Position numbers and translations under genes: made by a program. Below the pieces are notes generated by a model. The model made no database searches and was not told where the DNA came from. It saw only the letters and a list, made by a program, of their open reading frames with translations. 64,000 nt of DNA from Chrysemys picta bellii (taxonomy: Eukaryota), in contig NC_088810.1 in NCBI RefSeq assembly GCF_011386835.1, positions 24,738,001-24,802,000 of the forward strand, in the 5' to 3' direction. Shown piece by piece: positions 1-11,829 of the stretch (within the stretch, counting starts at the first letter, position 1; every line of letters begins with the position of its first letter).

Positions 1-1454
1 GGCTGGGGGTGCCTCTGACTGGGGCTGGGCCCCAGGTGGCTCCATCCGCCTGCTTCAGCTGCCCTGATACCAGGCCCAATGCACCTTCCAAACATCTACC
101 CCGGCTGGGCCTGGGAGCTGGTGGGGGGAAGGGGGGCAGGGCCCACGGCGGCCAAGTCTCTGGGCCGAGTTTCCTGCAAAGCTCCTGCTGTTTATCCAAC
201 TTTTCCTTCCTGTGTTTGGGACATTATCAGCGTGGTCCCAGCCCCCTCCCCCAGCCAGCCCCCACTTGGGCGGGCAGGAGTCCCTCGCCCAGCACACTGG
301 GCCGCTGCTCAGAGTGAAGCTGGCATGGGCAAGGAAACGAGGAATGACCTGGGACGGGGGCTCTGCACAGCTCACAGGGGGCCAAATGCCCTGGGCCAGG
401 ACATGGCTCGACCCCCAGAGGGAGCATCTGTCCCCCCTCTGCCATGGAGCCCCGGCGCTGGGCAGGGGATGGGCCCCTGGGCCTGAGCACCAGGATGTCG
501 GGGTTCTTGTGCCAGCCCAGGGGTACCACAACTGGCATCGGAACCCCCCACTGCCTCCCGCAGCACCGGGGGCCCCGGGAGGGCTCGGGCAGGGCCGTGC
601 TGTAGCACCTTTGTCTGAGGGTCCCAGGAGTCCTGGTTCCCAGGCTACCCCTGCTCTAACTGCTAGCCCTTATGCTCTTTCCAGACACAGGGATAGAACC
701 CAGGATTCCTGGCTCCCAGCCCCCACTGCTCTCACCACTAGCCCCTGCTGCCAGTCCTCCCCTCCCCTCCCTTTATCTGGCTGTGACTCAGTTCCTTGTT
801 TAGAGAGCTGCTTTCTCGGCCTGTCTCCACTCCAGGCTGTTTCCTGTCGCCTGCCCCCCAAAGATCCCGCCCGTGGCTCTGCCAAGAGCCGGGGGAAGCT
901 GCAGAGGCGGGAATGCACCCAGCGGGCCAGACTGGCTGGAGCTCCGGCAAAGGTCACAGACCGACCGGCCACTGACCGGCAGCTTGGCGTGCACCAGGCC
1001 CTGCAGGGCCTCCCCGGCCCGGGGCATCCCAGCCTGGGCCTGGCAATGCAGGCGCCTGGGGGGGCCCAGGGGGAAGGCTGGGGGTGGGGCCTGGGTCCCC
1101 CCAGAGACCCTGGCTGCGCCATGCCGCCCGCCCCAGCAGAGGGGCTGCCCCTGGCACTGTCCCGGCACCGGCGGGGACCCGCTGTGCGGAGGCTCCGCAG
1201 GGCCTGGGCCCGGAGCAGAGTTGAGTGGCTGGCGCCAGCGAAACCTCCCTTATCTCAGTGGGAAGTTGGGAGCAGGAAGCCCGGCTGAAAGTGGGATAAG
1301 GGCCCGTTTACATTAACCGCCTTTCCATGGAATTTGCTCCCACCCTCTTAAAGGGCCAACCCCCCAGCGTCAGCCTCGGGGAGCCCCCTCCCCACAGCCT
1401 GAGCCAGGGCCCTGGGCGCAGAGCTGGGGGGGCGAGGGGGAGCAGAGAGGGGGT

Positions 1455-1680
1455 GGACAGAGGTGGTATGGGGGTAACAGCGGGGTGGGCCAACGGGCGT
1501 GGGGCCGGCAGAGGTGGTATGGGCGTAGCAGCGGGGCCAGCGGGGCAGGCCGACAGGCGTGGGGCCGGCAGAGGTGGTAGGGGGTAGCAGCGGGGCCGGC
1601 GGGGTGGGCTGACGGGCGTGGGGCTGGCAGAGGTGGTATGGGGGTAGTGGCGGGGCGGGCCGACAGGCGTGGGGCTGGCT
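1455..1680. repeat. G-rich degenerate minisatellite
   Basis: Recurring GGCAGAGGTGGTATGGGG...GGCGTGGGGC. Confidence 0.7.
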
Positions 1681-2639
1681 TCTCAGGCCAGTAGCCTCGG
1701 TGCCTTTGTGTGGCTGTGCGGGAGCCCAGACGGTGGGATTGGAGGCCTGGAGCCCGTCTCATCCCACAGTGCTCTGCCAGGGCCCTGCTCCCCCGAACCA
1801 CGGGGAACCCAGGGGTGTGACAGCAAAACTGGACGACCCAGAGGAGACACCAAGATGGCCCCACGCTACAGAGCCCCTCAGTGCCCCACAGAGCCCCCCA
1901 CCCAGCACTGCCGAGTCTGCCTGCCCCACAACACAGAGCCTCCCCCACTGGGCAGGGCAGACTCCGGCTTGAGGGGAAATGGGGGGAGTCGACCCCAAGG
2001 CAGCATGTGACCCCCCCATCCTGCTGGCCCCTCTGGCCAATTAATGCCGTGAATCAAACCAAAGATGGGGGTCTTCGTGTGAAAGGGGGAGGGGTGCTGT
2101 GAGCCCCGGGGTGAGCTGGTTGTGATGAGGGTCCTGGTACCTGCCCAGCTCCCGGCCCCTTGCCGCACTTTGCCGCCATCCGTCTCCTGTCTCTGGGGGC
2201 AGGGGCTGCTCCGGGCACCGCGTTTTGGGCCTTGTTCCCCTCTCAGAGCTCGCCCCTGCCCAGGGCTAGGCCCCTCCGGGGCTCCCCCTCAGCCCGCCCC
2301 CGCCCCCCGATCTGGGGATCTGCCCCCCTGGGGTTCCCCTCAGCCCATGCTCTCCCCGGTCTGGGGCTCTGCCCACCTGGGGCTCCTCCTCACCCCACGC
2401 TCCCCCCTGCCCCGGTCTGGGGCTCTGCCCCCCAGGTCCGCCTCAGCCCCAATCCCCCCTGTCCAGGTTCTGGCCCCCCGGGTCCCCTCAAACCCTCCTG
2501 CCTGGGGCTCTGCTCCCTGGGCTCCCCCTCCCCCCAGGGTCCCCCCTGCCTGGGGCTCTGTCCCCCAGGCTCCCCCTCCCCCCCAGCCCGGGGTTCCCCA
2601 TTGCATTGTTTTCACTGAGCTCAGCTTCCCTCTGTGTAG

Positions 2640-2836
2640 CCCAGCCAAGGCGTCTGGGCAGCCTCTAATCAATTGATTCCCCCGGCTGGGAGGGCCGTGG
2701 GAGGGGAGCCGCCTGCAGGAAAAAGCCCTGGCCGCTGAGTGCGCCAGGCAGAAGTGTGCCAGCCGCCCGGAGAGCAGGGCCCCTCCACTGAGACCCAGCG
2801 CCGGGCACCGCACCCGCCTGCTGCCCCACAGTGAGT
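2640..2836 (+). promoter_or_regulatory. Candidate promoter and non-coding first exon of the SMAD6-like gene
   Basis: CpG-rich patch with palindrome AATCAATTGATT (2667-2678), ending in donor CA|GTGAGT at 2831. The coding exon has an acceptor (CCCCCCACAG, ending 5754) 16 nt before the ATG, so an upstream exon is needed. Assignment is inferred. Confidence 0.45.
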
Positions 2837-2939
2837 GAACCGCCCGCCCCACGGGCACCATCCCCTCCCCGCTTGGCCTCTTCCTGTGACACCCCAGCTC
2901 TGCCAACGGCCCCCAGCTGCCTTGCCTGGCACCTGGCGT

Positions 2940-3440
2940 ATGCGTGTCACTGTGTGCACGCGTGTTTGTGAGCATGTGCTCTGTGTGCGTGTCAGTGAGC
3001 ACTGTGCTGTGTGCGACTGCATGTTCACATATGTCAGGGCGTGTGCGTGCGCCAGGCGGTACATGTGTTAGGGTGTGTGTGCGTGTGTGTGTGCACACCG
3101 GGAGGCATGTGTGTCAGGACGTGTGTGTGTGTGTGCCAGGCACTACGTGTGTCAGGGAATGTGTGTGTCAGTGTGTGTGTGTGTGTGCGCCAGGCACGGT
3201 ACGTGTGTCAGGACGTGTGTGTGCCAGGCACTATGTGTGTCAGGGAATGTGTGTGTCAGGATGTGTGTGTGTGTGCGCGCGCACCAGGTGCGGTACGTGT
3301 GTTAGGAAATGTGTGTGTATACCAGGCACTACGTGTGTCAGGCACTACGTGTGTCAGGACATGTGTGTGTGTACCAGGCACTACGTGTGTCAGACATTAT
3401 GTGTGTGCGTGTGTGTGCCAGGCACTACGTGTGTCAGGGC

Positions 3441-3471
<31 letters not shown>

Positions 3472-3580
3472 CGCGCCAGGCACTACGTGTGTCAGGGCAT
3501 GTGTGTGTCAGGATGTGTGTGTGTGTGTGTGTACGCGCCAGGCACTCCGTGTGTCAGGCACTATGTGTGTGTGTCAGTGG
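2940..3580. repeat. TG-rich minisatellite
   Basis: Recurring GTGTGTCAGGCACTACGTGTGT units. Confidence 0.9.
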
Positions 3581-4149
3581 CTGTGTCTCTTGGGGTGTCT
3601 GGGTGGGAGGCCGCCCAGACCAGGCCCTTGTCCCTCCTCCCTGCCCCGTCTTTGGCTCCATTTCTCTCCTCCGCCCCCTCCCAGCCCCCCCACCCCCCGG
3701 CCATAAATGCAGCTCATCACAGGCTGGGTCACTCAGATCCCCACCTGGGGAACGGGAGGTATGTGGGGAAGGGGGGGCAGGTCTGGGGGCTGGTGAGTGG
3801 GTACCTGTGTGTCCCTGCCTGAGGGAGGGGTGCGTGTGCTGTGGGCATGGGGGGGTTTGCTCTCTCCCTGGGGGGTCAGCACGGGGACCAGGCCCCAGTC
3901 CCAGCCGGGGCGCTCTGCCCCTCGCAGGGCCTAGCTACACACTCCGAGTGTGGACGCAGCGCTAGCGGGTGGAGGTATCCCGTCAGGGAGGGGTGAGCTG
4001 GCTGGGCAGGAGGCCCCGTCACTCCAGGGGGACTGGCCCGTCCCTGCCCAGGGCTGCACCCGTCACTAGACCAGGGGAGCTGCCCTGGGCAGTGCTGGCT
4101 CTGGAGATGGCCAGCAACGCTCAGCACGGCCTAGGGGAGCTGCTGCGTG

Positions 4150-5200
4150 GGTGTCAGTGTGTGTGTGTGACGGGGAGCAGCAACGTGTGTGTGACTGTGT
4201 GTGTGACGGGGAGCAGCAACGTGTGTGTGACTGTGTGTGTGCTGCAGTGTGTGTCTGCACAGGTATCAGGGTATGTGTGTGTGACAGTGAGCGGCAGCGT
4301 GTGTGTGCTGCATTGTGTGTCTGCACAGGTGTCAGGGTATGTGTGTGTGACAGTGAGCAGCAGCATGTGTGTGACTGTGTGTGTGACAGTGAGTGGCAGC
4401 ATGTGTATGACTGTGTGTGCTGCATTGTGTGTTTGTACAGGTATCAGGGTATGTGTGTGTGACAGTGAGCGGCAGCGTGTGTGTGCTGCATTGTGTGTCT
4501 GCACAGGTGTCAGTGACTGTGTGTGTGACGGGGAGCAGCAGCGTGTGTGTGACTGTGTGTGTGACAGTGAGTGGCAGCATGTGTATGACTGTGTGTGCTG
4601 CATTGTGTGTCTGCACAGGTGTCAGTGACTGTGTGTGTGACGGGGAGCGGCAGCGTGTGTGTGACTGTGTGTGTGACAGTGAGTGGCAGCATGTGTATGA
4701 CTGTGTGTGCTGCATTGTGTGTTTGTACAGGTGTCCATGTGTGTGTGACAGTGAGCGGCAACGTGTGCGTGACTGTGTGTGTGACTGAGCGGCGGCGTGT
4801 GTGTGACTGTGTGTGCTGCATTGTATGTCTGCACAGGTATCAGGGTATGTGTGTGTGACAGTGAGCGGCAACGTGTGTGTGACTGTGTGTGTGACGGGGA
4901 GCTGCAGTGTGTGTGTGACTGTGTGTCTGCACAGGTGTGTCTGTGACTGTGTGTGCTGCATTGTGTGTTTGTACCGGTGTCCGTGAGTGTGTGTGTGAGA
5001 CAGTGAGCGACAATGTGTGTGTGACTGTGTGTGTGACAGTGAGCGGCAGCGTGTGTGTCTGTGTGTGCTGAATTGTGTGTCTGCACAGGTGTCAGGGTAT
5101 GTGTGTGTGTGACGGGGAGCAGTATGTGTGTGCACAGGTGTCAGTGACTGTGTGTGTGACAGGGAGCAGCAGATGAGTGTCAGTGTGTGGCAGTGAGTGT
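4150..5200. repeat. TG-rich minisatellite
   Basis: Recurring GTGTGTGACTGTGTGTGTGACAGTGAGCGGCAGC units. Confidence 0.9.
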
Positions 5201-5770
5201 GTCAGGAGTGAAAACTGGCCTCTCCATCGAATTCTCGGTTTGACTCTCAGGGTCTCTGGGGACGTGGCTGCCCGGTGGGTGCTGCTGAGGGGTGATGGGT
5301 GCAGCCCCTCCGCTCCCTGGCAGGACCAGGTGCCCCGCTGCATCATCGGGGGGTTCGTTCCTGCCCCAGCAGCGGGCGCCAGAGGTGCAGAATCCCTGGC
5401 TGGCCTCCGGTGCCACCGGCCACTGGCCAGCGCCCAGCATTGATCCTGCCCCCTTCACTCAGGCCCTGGGTGTTTGGATACAGACTCCCAGCCCAGCGGG
5501 CCTGGGGGAGCTCTGGGGGAGACCGGCTCAGCGGAGCCCCAGCCAGCCTGGCCTAGACGAGGCAGGCCTGGAGCAGGCCGACTCCCCCTTGGGGACCCCG
5601 GTGTCCGGCTGGATCCCTGCTATACCTGATGCCGGGGGGCGGGGGGGTGCAGGGCAATACCTGCTTACCCCAGGTGCGGCTGGGTGCCCTGGGCCTGGAC
5701 AGGCAGGGACATGGGACTCTGGAGCGGCACGTGACCCCTCTCTCCCCCCCACAGGTGGGCCCAGCCCCCC

Positions 5771-8700
5771 ATGTTCCGCTCGCGGCGGGCCAGCCTGGTG
5801 CGGCGTCTCTGGAGGCATCGCTGTGCCGGGCCCGGCCCCGAGGATGGGCACGGCGCCCTCAAACCCGCCGCTCACGCCCTCTTCAAGAAGCTGAAGGACG
5901 AGGAGCTGGAGCTGCTGGTGCAGGCGGTGGAGAACCGGGGAGCCGGGCCGTCGGGCTGCGTCTGGGTGGCCCGGGCAGAGCCGCGTGGCACCAAGCAGGC
6001 CCTGCCCCCTCAGGTGCTGCTCTGCCGGCTCTACCGCTGGCCCGACCTCCGGCACCCCCATGAGCTCAAGCGCCTGAGCTGCTGCCAGAGCTTCGGGGTC
6101 TGGGGGGGCTGCGGCGAGGGGGCCACACTCTGCTGCAACCCCCACCACCTCAGCCGGCTCGCCATGCCCGGTGAGTGGGACGGGGGGGCCGGGCTGGGGG
6201 CCCACCCATGGCGCACCTCGCCNNNNNNNNNNNNNNNNNNNNNNNNNNNNNNNNNNNNNNNNNNNNNNNNNNNNNNNNNNNNNNNNNNNNNNNNNNNNNN
6301 NNNNNNNNNNNNNNNNNNNNNNNNNNNNNNNNNNNNNNNNNNNNNNNNNNNNNNNNNNNNNNNNNNNNNNNNNNNNNNNNNNNNNNNNNNNNNNNNNNNN
6401 NNNNNNNNNNNNNNNNNNNNNNNNNNNNNNNNNNNNNNNNNNNNNNNNNNNNNNNNNNNNNNNNNNNNNNNNNNNNNNNNNNNNNNNNNNNNNNNNNNNN
6501 NNNNNNNNNNNNNNNNNNNNNNNNNNNNNNNNNATCTATCTANNNNNNNNNNNNNNNNNNNNNNNNNNNNNNNNNNNNNNNNNNNNNNNNNNNNNNNNNN
6601 NNNNNNNNNNNNNNNNNNNNNNNNNNNNNNNNNNNNNNNNNNNNNNNNNNNNNNNNNNNNNNNNNNNNNNNNNNNNNNNNNNNNNNNNNNNNNNNNNNNN
6701 NNNNNNNNNNNNNNNNNNNNNNNNNNNNNNNNNNNNNNNNNNNNNNNNNNNNNNNNNNNNNNNNNNNNNNNNNNNNNNNNNNNNNNNNNNNNNNNNNNNN
6801 NNNNNNNNNNNNNNNNNNNNNNNNNNNNNNNNNNNNNNNNNNNNNNNNNNNNNNNNNNNNNNNNNNNNNNNNNNNNNNNNNNNNNNNNNNNNNNNNNNNN
6901 NNNNNNNNNNNNNNNNNNNNNNNNNNNNNNNNNNNNNNNNNNNNNNNNNNNNNNNNNNNNNNNNNNNNNNNNNNNNNNNNNNNNNNNNNNNNNNNNNNNN
7001 NNNNNNNNNNNNNNNNNNNNNNNNNNNNNNNNNNNNNNNNNNNNNNNNNNNNNNNNNNNNNNNNNNNNNNNNNNNNNNNNNNNNNNNNNNNNNNNNNNNN
7101 NNNNNNNNNNNNNNNNNNNNNNNNNNNNNNNNNNNNNNNNNNNNNNNNNNNNNNNNNNNNNNNNNNNNNNNNNNNNNNNNNNNNNNNNNNNNNNNNNNNN
7201 NNNNNNNNNNNNNNNNNNNNNNNNNNNNNNNNNNNNNNNNNNNNNNNNNNNNNNNNNNNNNNNNNNNNNNNNNNNNNNNNNNNNNNNNNNNNNNNNNNNN
7301 NNNNNNNNNNNNNNNNNNNNNNNNNNNNNNNNNNNNNNNNNNNNNNNNATCTGTCTATCCCCAGAACTTGGCCCCCCTTGCCCTGCTGGTTTTGGGGCTG
7401 TTTTGGGCCGGAAGGGGAGGGCTGGCATCGGAGTGGGGTGGGGAGGGGGCTGCCCCGAGACAGCTGCTCACTGGTTTCTGCTCTTGTCTGGTTCCCTTTC
7501 AGAGACACCGCCACCCCCTTATTCCAAAATCTCCCCCTTCAGCTGCCTCTGGGCAGAGGTGTCGGAGCGCCCCAACTCCAGCCACCTGGAGTCTGGTTGC
7601 AATGCCCACGGAGACTGGCGAGGTACGGTGGGGACCGGGGCACAAGGGATGCCCATAGGGACTGGGGGGCACCCAGGGGATGTGACCCCCCAGGCCCAGG
7701 CGGGGAGCGTCAGGGGACTCCGAATGACCAGCCCTGGGCTGGGTGGGGACCAGTGTTGCCAGGCTACAGCCCTGGGTATCGAGGGGATCCTGCTGCCACC
7801 TTCCTCCCGCACGAGATTTTGGGGGCCCCACTGGGGAAGAAGGGCCCCTGGGTGGAGCCATCGAGAAGCCCCCCGCTCAGGAACCAGCAGCACCAGGTGT
7901 GGGTCAGGTGCTCCCCCTCCCCCGCTGAGCCATCCCAGCCGTCGGAGCCTGGAGAGCTGCCGACATGGGGCCCCTGGGGCCTGCTGGGCCCTCCCCTGCC
8001 GGCTCAGCCCTTTGCAGAGCAGGGGCCCAGCTGCGGGGCCCGGGGCTTCCCCTTCCGTAGGTCAGAAAGAGTTGGGGGGAGGGGCGGGGGGAGGTCTGCC
8101 CCCCCCAGAGCAGATCTGACCTTGCTGCTGCCCCCCATCTCCTCTGGGGCTTCAGGGGAAGGGGTTGGGGGGGTGATAACCACCCCCCGTCCCCCGAGTC
8201 AGGCCCCCCCACCTGAGCCCGGGAGGAAAAGCTGCGCCTGTTATTTTTGGCCCGTCCGCGTTCCCCGCCGCAGGAAGTGCTGCCCACAGGGACACTCACA
8301 ATGTGCCTTGACGCACAAGCCGCGCTCCGGCCTGGCTGCCGGCCACCGGCTCCTTCCCCACGCTCCACCCTCCCTCCCACGGCTCCAGGGCCTTGGGACC
8401 GGCGCCCTCTGCCAGGCCCGCCCCCCACTTGCCGCGCCACGGCGGGCGGTCCCCTGGGACGGTGGCTGGGGCCGTCCTAGGCCTACGTGCCGGCTCACAG
8501 CACCCCACCGTGACTCACGCCCCCGGGGATAGTCCGGCTCCGCGACGGAGTCGGACGCCCTGCTCCAGCCCAGCTGCCCCACAGTACCCCGGGGGGCTGA
8601 CCCTGGGGAGCTGGGAGGTCCGTCTGCTTGGGGCCAGCGGGGTCAGGCAGCCAGAACCCCAGGAGGGCCAGCAGAGATGGGGCCTGAAACTGGCCCTTGC

Positions 8701-10145
8701 AGAGCCCAGGCCCCGTTGCCCACCCGCCCCCCACTGCTGGCCGGGCCCAATTTCAAGCTGGAGCATTCAGGCTGGCCTGCCGCCAGCCCCCAGCCACTTG
8801 AAAGAGACGCAGGGGCCTCCTCCGCTGCTGGGGCTAAACTGGTTCTGTATCCAGAGCCCCGCAGCTCACCCATGGCCAGTGCCAGGCAAGGGGTCCCTGC
8901 ATAACCAGCCCCCGTGCCCCACCCCAGAGCCAGCTGCCTCTCCACACCAGGTGAGGGGTCCCTGTTTAACTAGCCCTCACGTCCCCATCCCCCCCACAGC
9001 CAGTGCTGGGGGAGGGGTCCCTGCATAACCAGCCCCCGTGCCCCACCCCAGAGCCAGCTGCCTCTCCGCACCAGGTGAGGGGTCCCTGTTTAACTAGCCC
9101 TCACGTCCCCATCCCCCCCACAGCCAGTGCTGGGGGAGGGGTCCCTGCATAACCAGCCCCCGTGCCCCACCCCAGAGCCAGCTGCCTCTCCGCACCAGGT
9201 GAGGGGTCCCTGTTTAACTAGCCCTCACGTCCCCATCCCCCCCACAGCCAGTGCTGGGGGAGGGGTCCCTGCATAACCAGCCCCCGTGCCCTACCCCAGA
9301 GCCAGCTGCCTCTCCGCACCAGGTGAGGGGTCCCTGTTTAACTAGCCCTCATGTCCCCCCGCCCCAACGGCCAGTGCTGGGGGAGGGGTCCCTGTATAAA
9401 CACCCCTGCGTCCCACCCCAGAGGGGCTGCATCCCAGCACCGGGCGAGGGGTCTCTGTATAACCTGCCCCCCACACCCCACCCCAGAGGGGCTTCATCCC
9501 AGAGCCAGGGAGGGTCCCTGGGTGGTCTATTCATTCTCTGGGGGCTCAGTGGGGGGGTCTGGGGGCTGCTCTGTGCATGGGCTCAGAGGTTCCCTTCTCG
9601 CTCCTGCAGACCCCGGCCTGGCATGGAGCACCACCAGGGACGGCTGCTGGTGCAAGTTGGCCTATTGGGAGCACCGGACACGGGTGGGCCGTCTCTACGC
9701 CGTGCACGAAACCTCCGTCAACATCTTCTGCGAGCTGCCGCAGGGGAGCGGCTTCTCCCTGGGCCAGCTGCAGGCCGAGAGGCGCAGCGCGGCCGTACGC
9801 CGGGCCCGGAGCAAGATCGGCCGCGGGCTGCTGCTGAGCCGGGAGCGGGACGGGGTGTGGACCTACAACCGCAGCGAGCACCCCATCTTCGTCAGCTCTC
9901 CCACGCTGGGGCCCCCCAGCGCCCGCGGCCCACCCGTGCACAAGGTGCTGCCCGGTTACTCCCTGCAGGTCTTTGACTATGAGCGCGCGGGTGGCCAGGC
10001 CGGCTGGCGGAGGCCGGGCGATGGGCCCTGCGACCCCAACAGCATCCGCATTAGCTTCGCCAAGGGCTGGGGCCCCTGCTACTCGCGGCAGTTCATCACC
10101 GCCTGCCCCTGCTGGCTGGAGATCCTGCTCACCAAGCCCCGCTGA
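5771..10145 (+). CDS. SMAD6-like inhibitory SMAD (I-SMAD paralogue), 351 aa; coding exons 5771-6170, 7503-7622, 9610-10145
   Basis: Exon 1 encodes [15 protein letters not shown]...[20 protein letters not shown]...[10 protein letters not shown] (I-SMAD N-domain). Exon 2 carries the PY motif ETPPPPYSK. Exon 3 encodes an MH2 domain ([19 protein letters not shown]...[33 protein letters not shown]) closer to SMAD6 than SMAD7, with no C-terminal SSXS. All junctions are GT-AG and phase 1-1; total 1056 nt. An N gap lies in intron 1. Confidence 0.93.
6223..7348. other. Assembly gap or masked run (N), probably an (ATCT)n microsatellite
   Basis: N run with an island ATCTATCTA (6534-6542); sequence resumes with ATCTGTCTATC. 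Confidence 0.85.
8885..9400. repeat. 124-bp tandem repeat, ~4 copies, in the last SMAD6-like intron
   Basis: CCTGCATAACC starts at 8896, 9020, 9144 and 9268. Confidence 0.95.
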
Positions 10146-10669
10146 GCCGGGGCCCAGCCCAGCCGCTCCCGCTGCGGCCACGGGCCCTGCCAGCCGACTG
10201 GAGTGGGAGAGCGTCCTCGGGCCCCCCACCGCTGAGGCCTGGCCCAGCAGCCTCTGCCCCTCTGCCTAGAAACCCTATTGCAGCCTCCCTCTGCCCGACC
10301 CAATCATGGCCTCTGGGCCTCTCCAGCCATCCCCAGCCCGGGCGCTACGGCCCTGGTCAGCCCCTGTCTGCCCCACTCCCGCTGGCCTGCCCCCCAGCTT
10401 CCTCCCCCGCACCTCTTCCCCTTATCTCCAGCCCCCCATCCCCGTCCCTCTGGCAATCCCACCCCCCTGTCCTCCCCCAGCCCCACCCCATCCCTCTGCC
10501 CCCACATCCCTTCCCCACCCCATCTCCCTTTACCCCCAGCCCCCGTCCCTCTGCCTTCCCCCAGCCCCTGCCCTGTGGTGTCGGACACGCCTGGCAGGGA
10601 GGCAGTGGTGGGGGACTGGGCGGTTCTCACATTTATTTCAAATTATCTTATTTTTGTAAAGAAAAGTAG

Positions 10670-10675
10670 ATTAAA
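10670..10675 (+). terminator. Candidate polyA signal (ATTAAA) of the SMAD6-like gene; alternative AATAAA at 11438-11443
   Basis: ATTAAA at the end of an AT-rich island (10631-10680) about 530 nt after the stop codon. Confidence 0.4.
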
Positions 10676-11829
10676 AATCTGCAAGTGCGGGGGAGCGGCT
10701 CCATGTGCCAGCCTGACCCCCTGCCCACTTGCCAGCTGATCCATTCTGGCACTGGCCCAGGGGGTAGCCGGTCTCAGCCCCCGCTGGGAGCCTGCTGGGC
10801 TGAGCTGAGCTGGGCTGGGCTGGGCTGGGCTGAGCTGGGCTGGGCTGGGCTGGTTAGGGGTTTCGAGGTTGAGAGGGTCTGAGCACGTCTGCAAAGGTGG
10901 GGAGGAGGTGAAGCAGGAGGAGGTAGCAGTGGGGGCAGGACTCAGCACAGGGCGAATTCTTGGCCCTGGGGGCTCTGCCCAGGGCCCGATCCCCAGGGCT
11001 CAGAAGGATCCTGGTAGCCTCAGAGCTTGGGCTTTGGGGTGTGGGCTCAGAGGCTGGTCTGTGCATAGGGGGAGGCACAGAGAGTGGGGAGAGGCTGGGG
11101 GGCAGCTCAGAGCTGGCAGAAGAAGCCAGCAGGGCTGGGGGTGGCCAGCAGCAGCCAAAGCCCCCGCGTTAGGAGGGCTCCGGGGCTGGGGGGGGAGTTC
11201 TCATGACTGGCAGAGTGTCCTGCATGCAGCAGACAGCACCGGGCCCAGCCTGGCAGGGCAGAGGGGCAGTGCTGCAGGTTCCCCCGCAGTGCAGACCCAG
11301 ACCTGGCCATCTCCGCAGCCAGCCCTGCTGGGCACAGGGGCCCTGCTGGAGTCGGGCCGGGCCGGCACCGGTGTTGCATGAGGAGCTCTAAGTTCTTCCA
11401 GCCACATGCCTAGCCCGTCGCTGTTATTTATAACTCCAATAAACGGTGCCACCGAATCGCTGCTGCCAAGCGTTGTCCCTGCGCCGGACCCACCTCCTGT
11501 GCCCAGCGCATGGGGAGCTGCAGCGCCGCCCGGGGCGGGGGGGAGCTCGATAACCACCGTGGCAGTTGGCGAGGAGCCAGCCCCCCCAGTGCTGGGTGCT
11601 ACAGGTATTGTCCCATCACAGCTGGGTCTGGGTGTGGGGCAGGGAGGGACCCCAGCCTGTGGGCACCAGGCCTCCCTTAGAATTGGGGCTGGGGGTGGGG
11701 GCCTTCCTGCCATGGCTCTGATATGCACCCCCACCCCAAACACCGGCACCACCACATCACACACCATGGCCCCACAGCGGGTTCGCTGGGCAGCCCAGCC
11801 CGGTGTGCCACACGCATGTCCATGCACCC

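Noticed and set aside
212-1288. 358-aa ORF and overlapping ORFs at the window start
   Set aside because: No recognisable domain, Pro/Gly/Ala/Arg-rich as expected from GC content, includes SINE-head repeat sequence, no convincing exon structure.
2944-5135. Long Cys/Val- or His/Thr-rich ORFs
   Set aside because: Translations of TG/CA minisatellites.
6031-8532. 465-785-aa ORFs in the supplied track
   Set aside because: Open only because they run through the N gap.
10795-10855. (GAGCT/GGGCT)n pentamers resembling an Ig switch region
   Set aside because: Only ~60 bp and no Ig genes nearby; a simple repeat.
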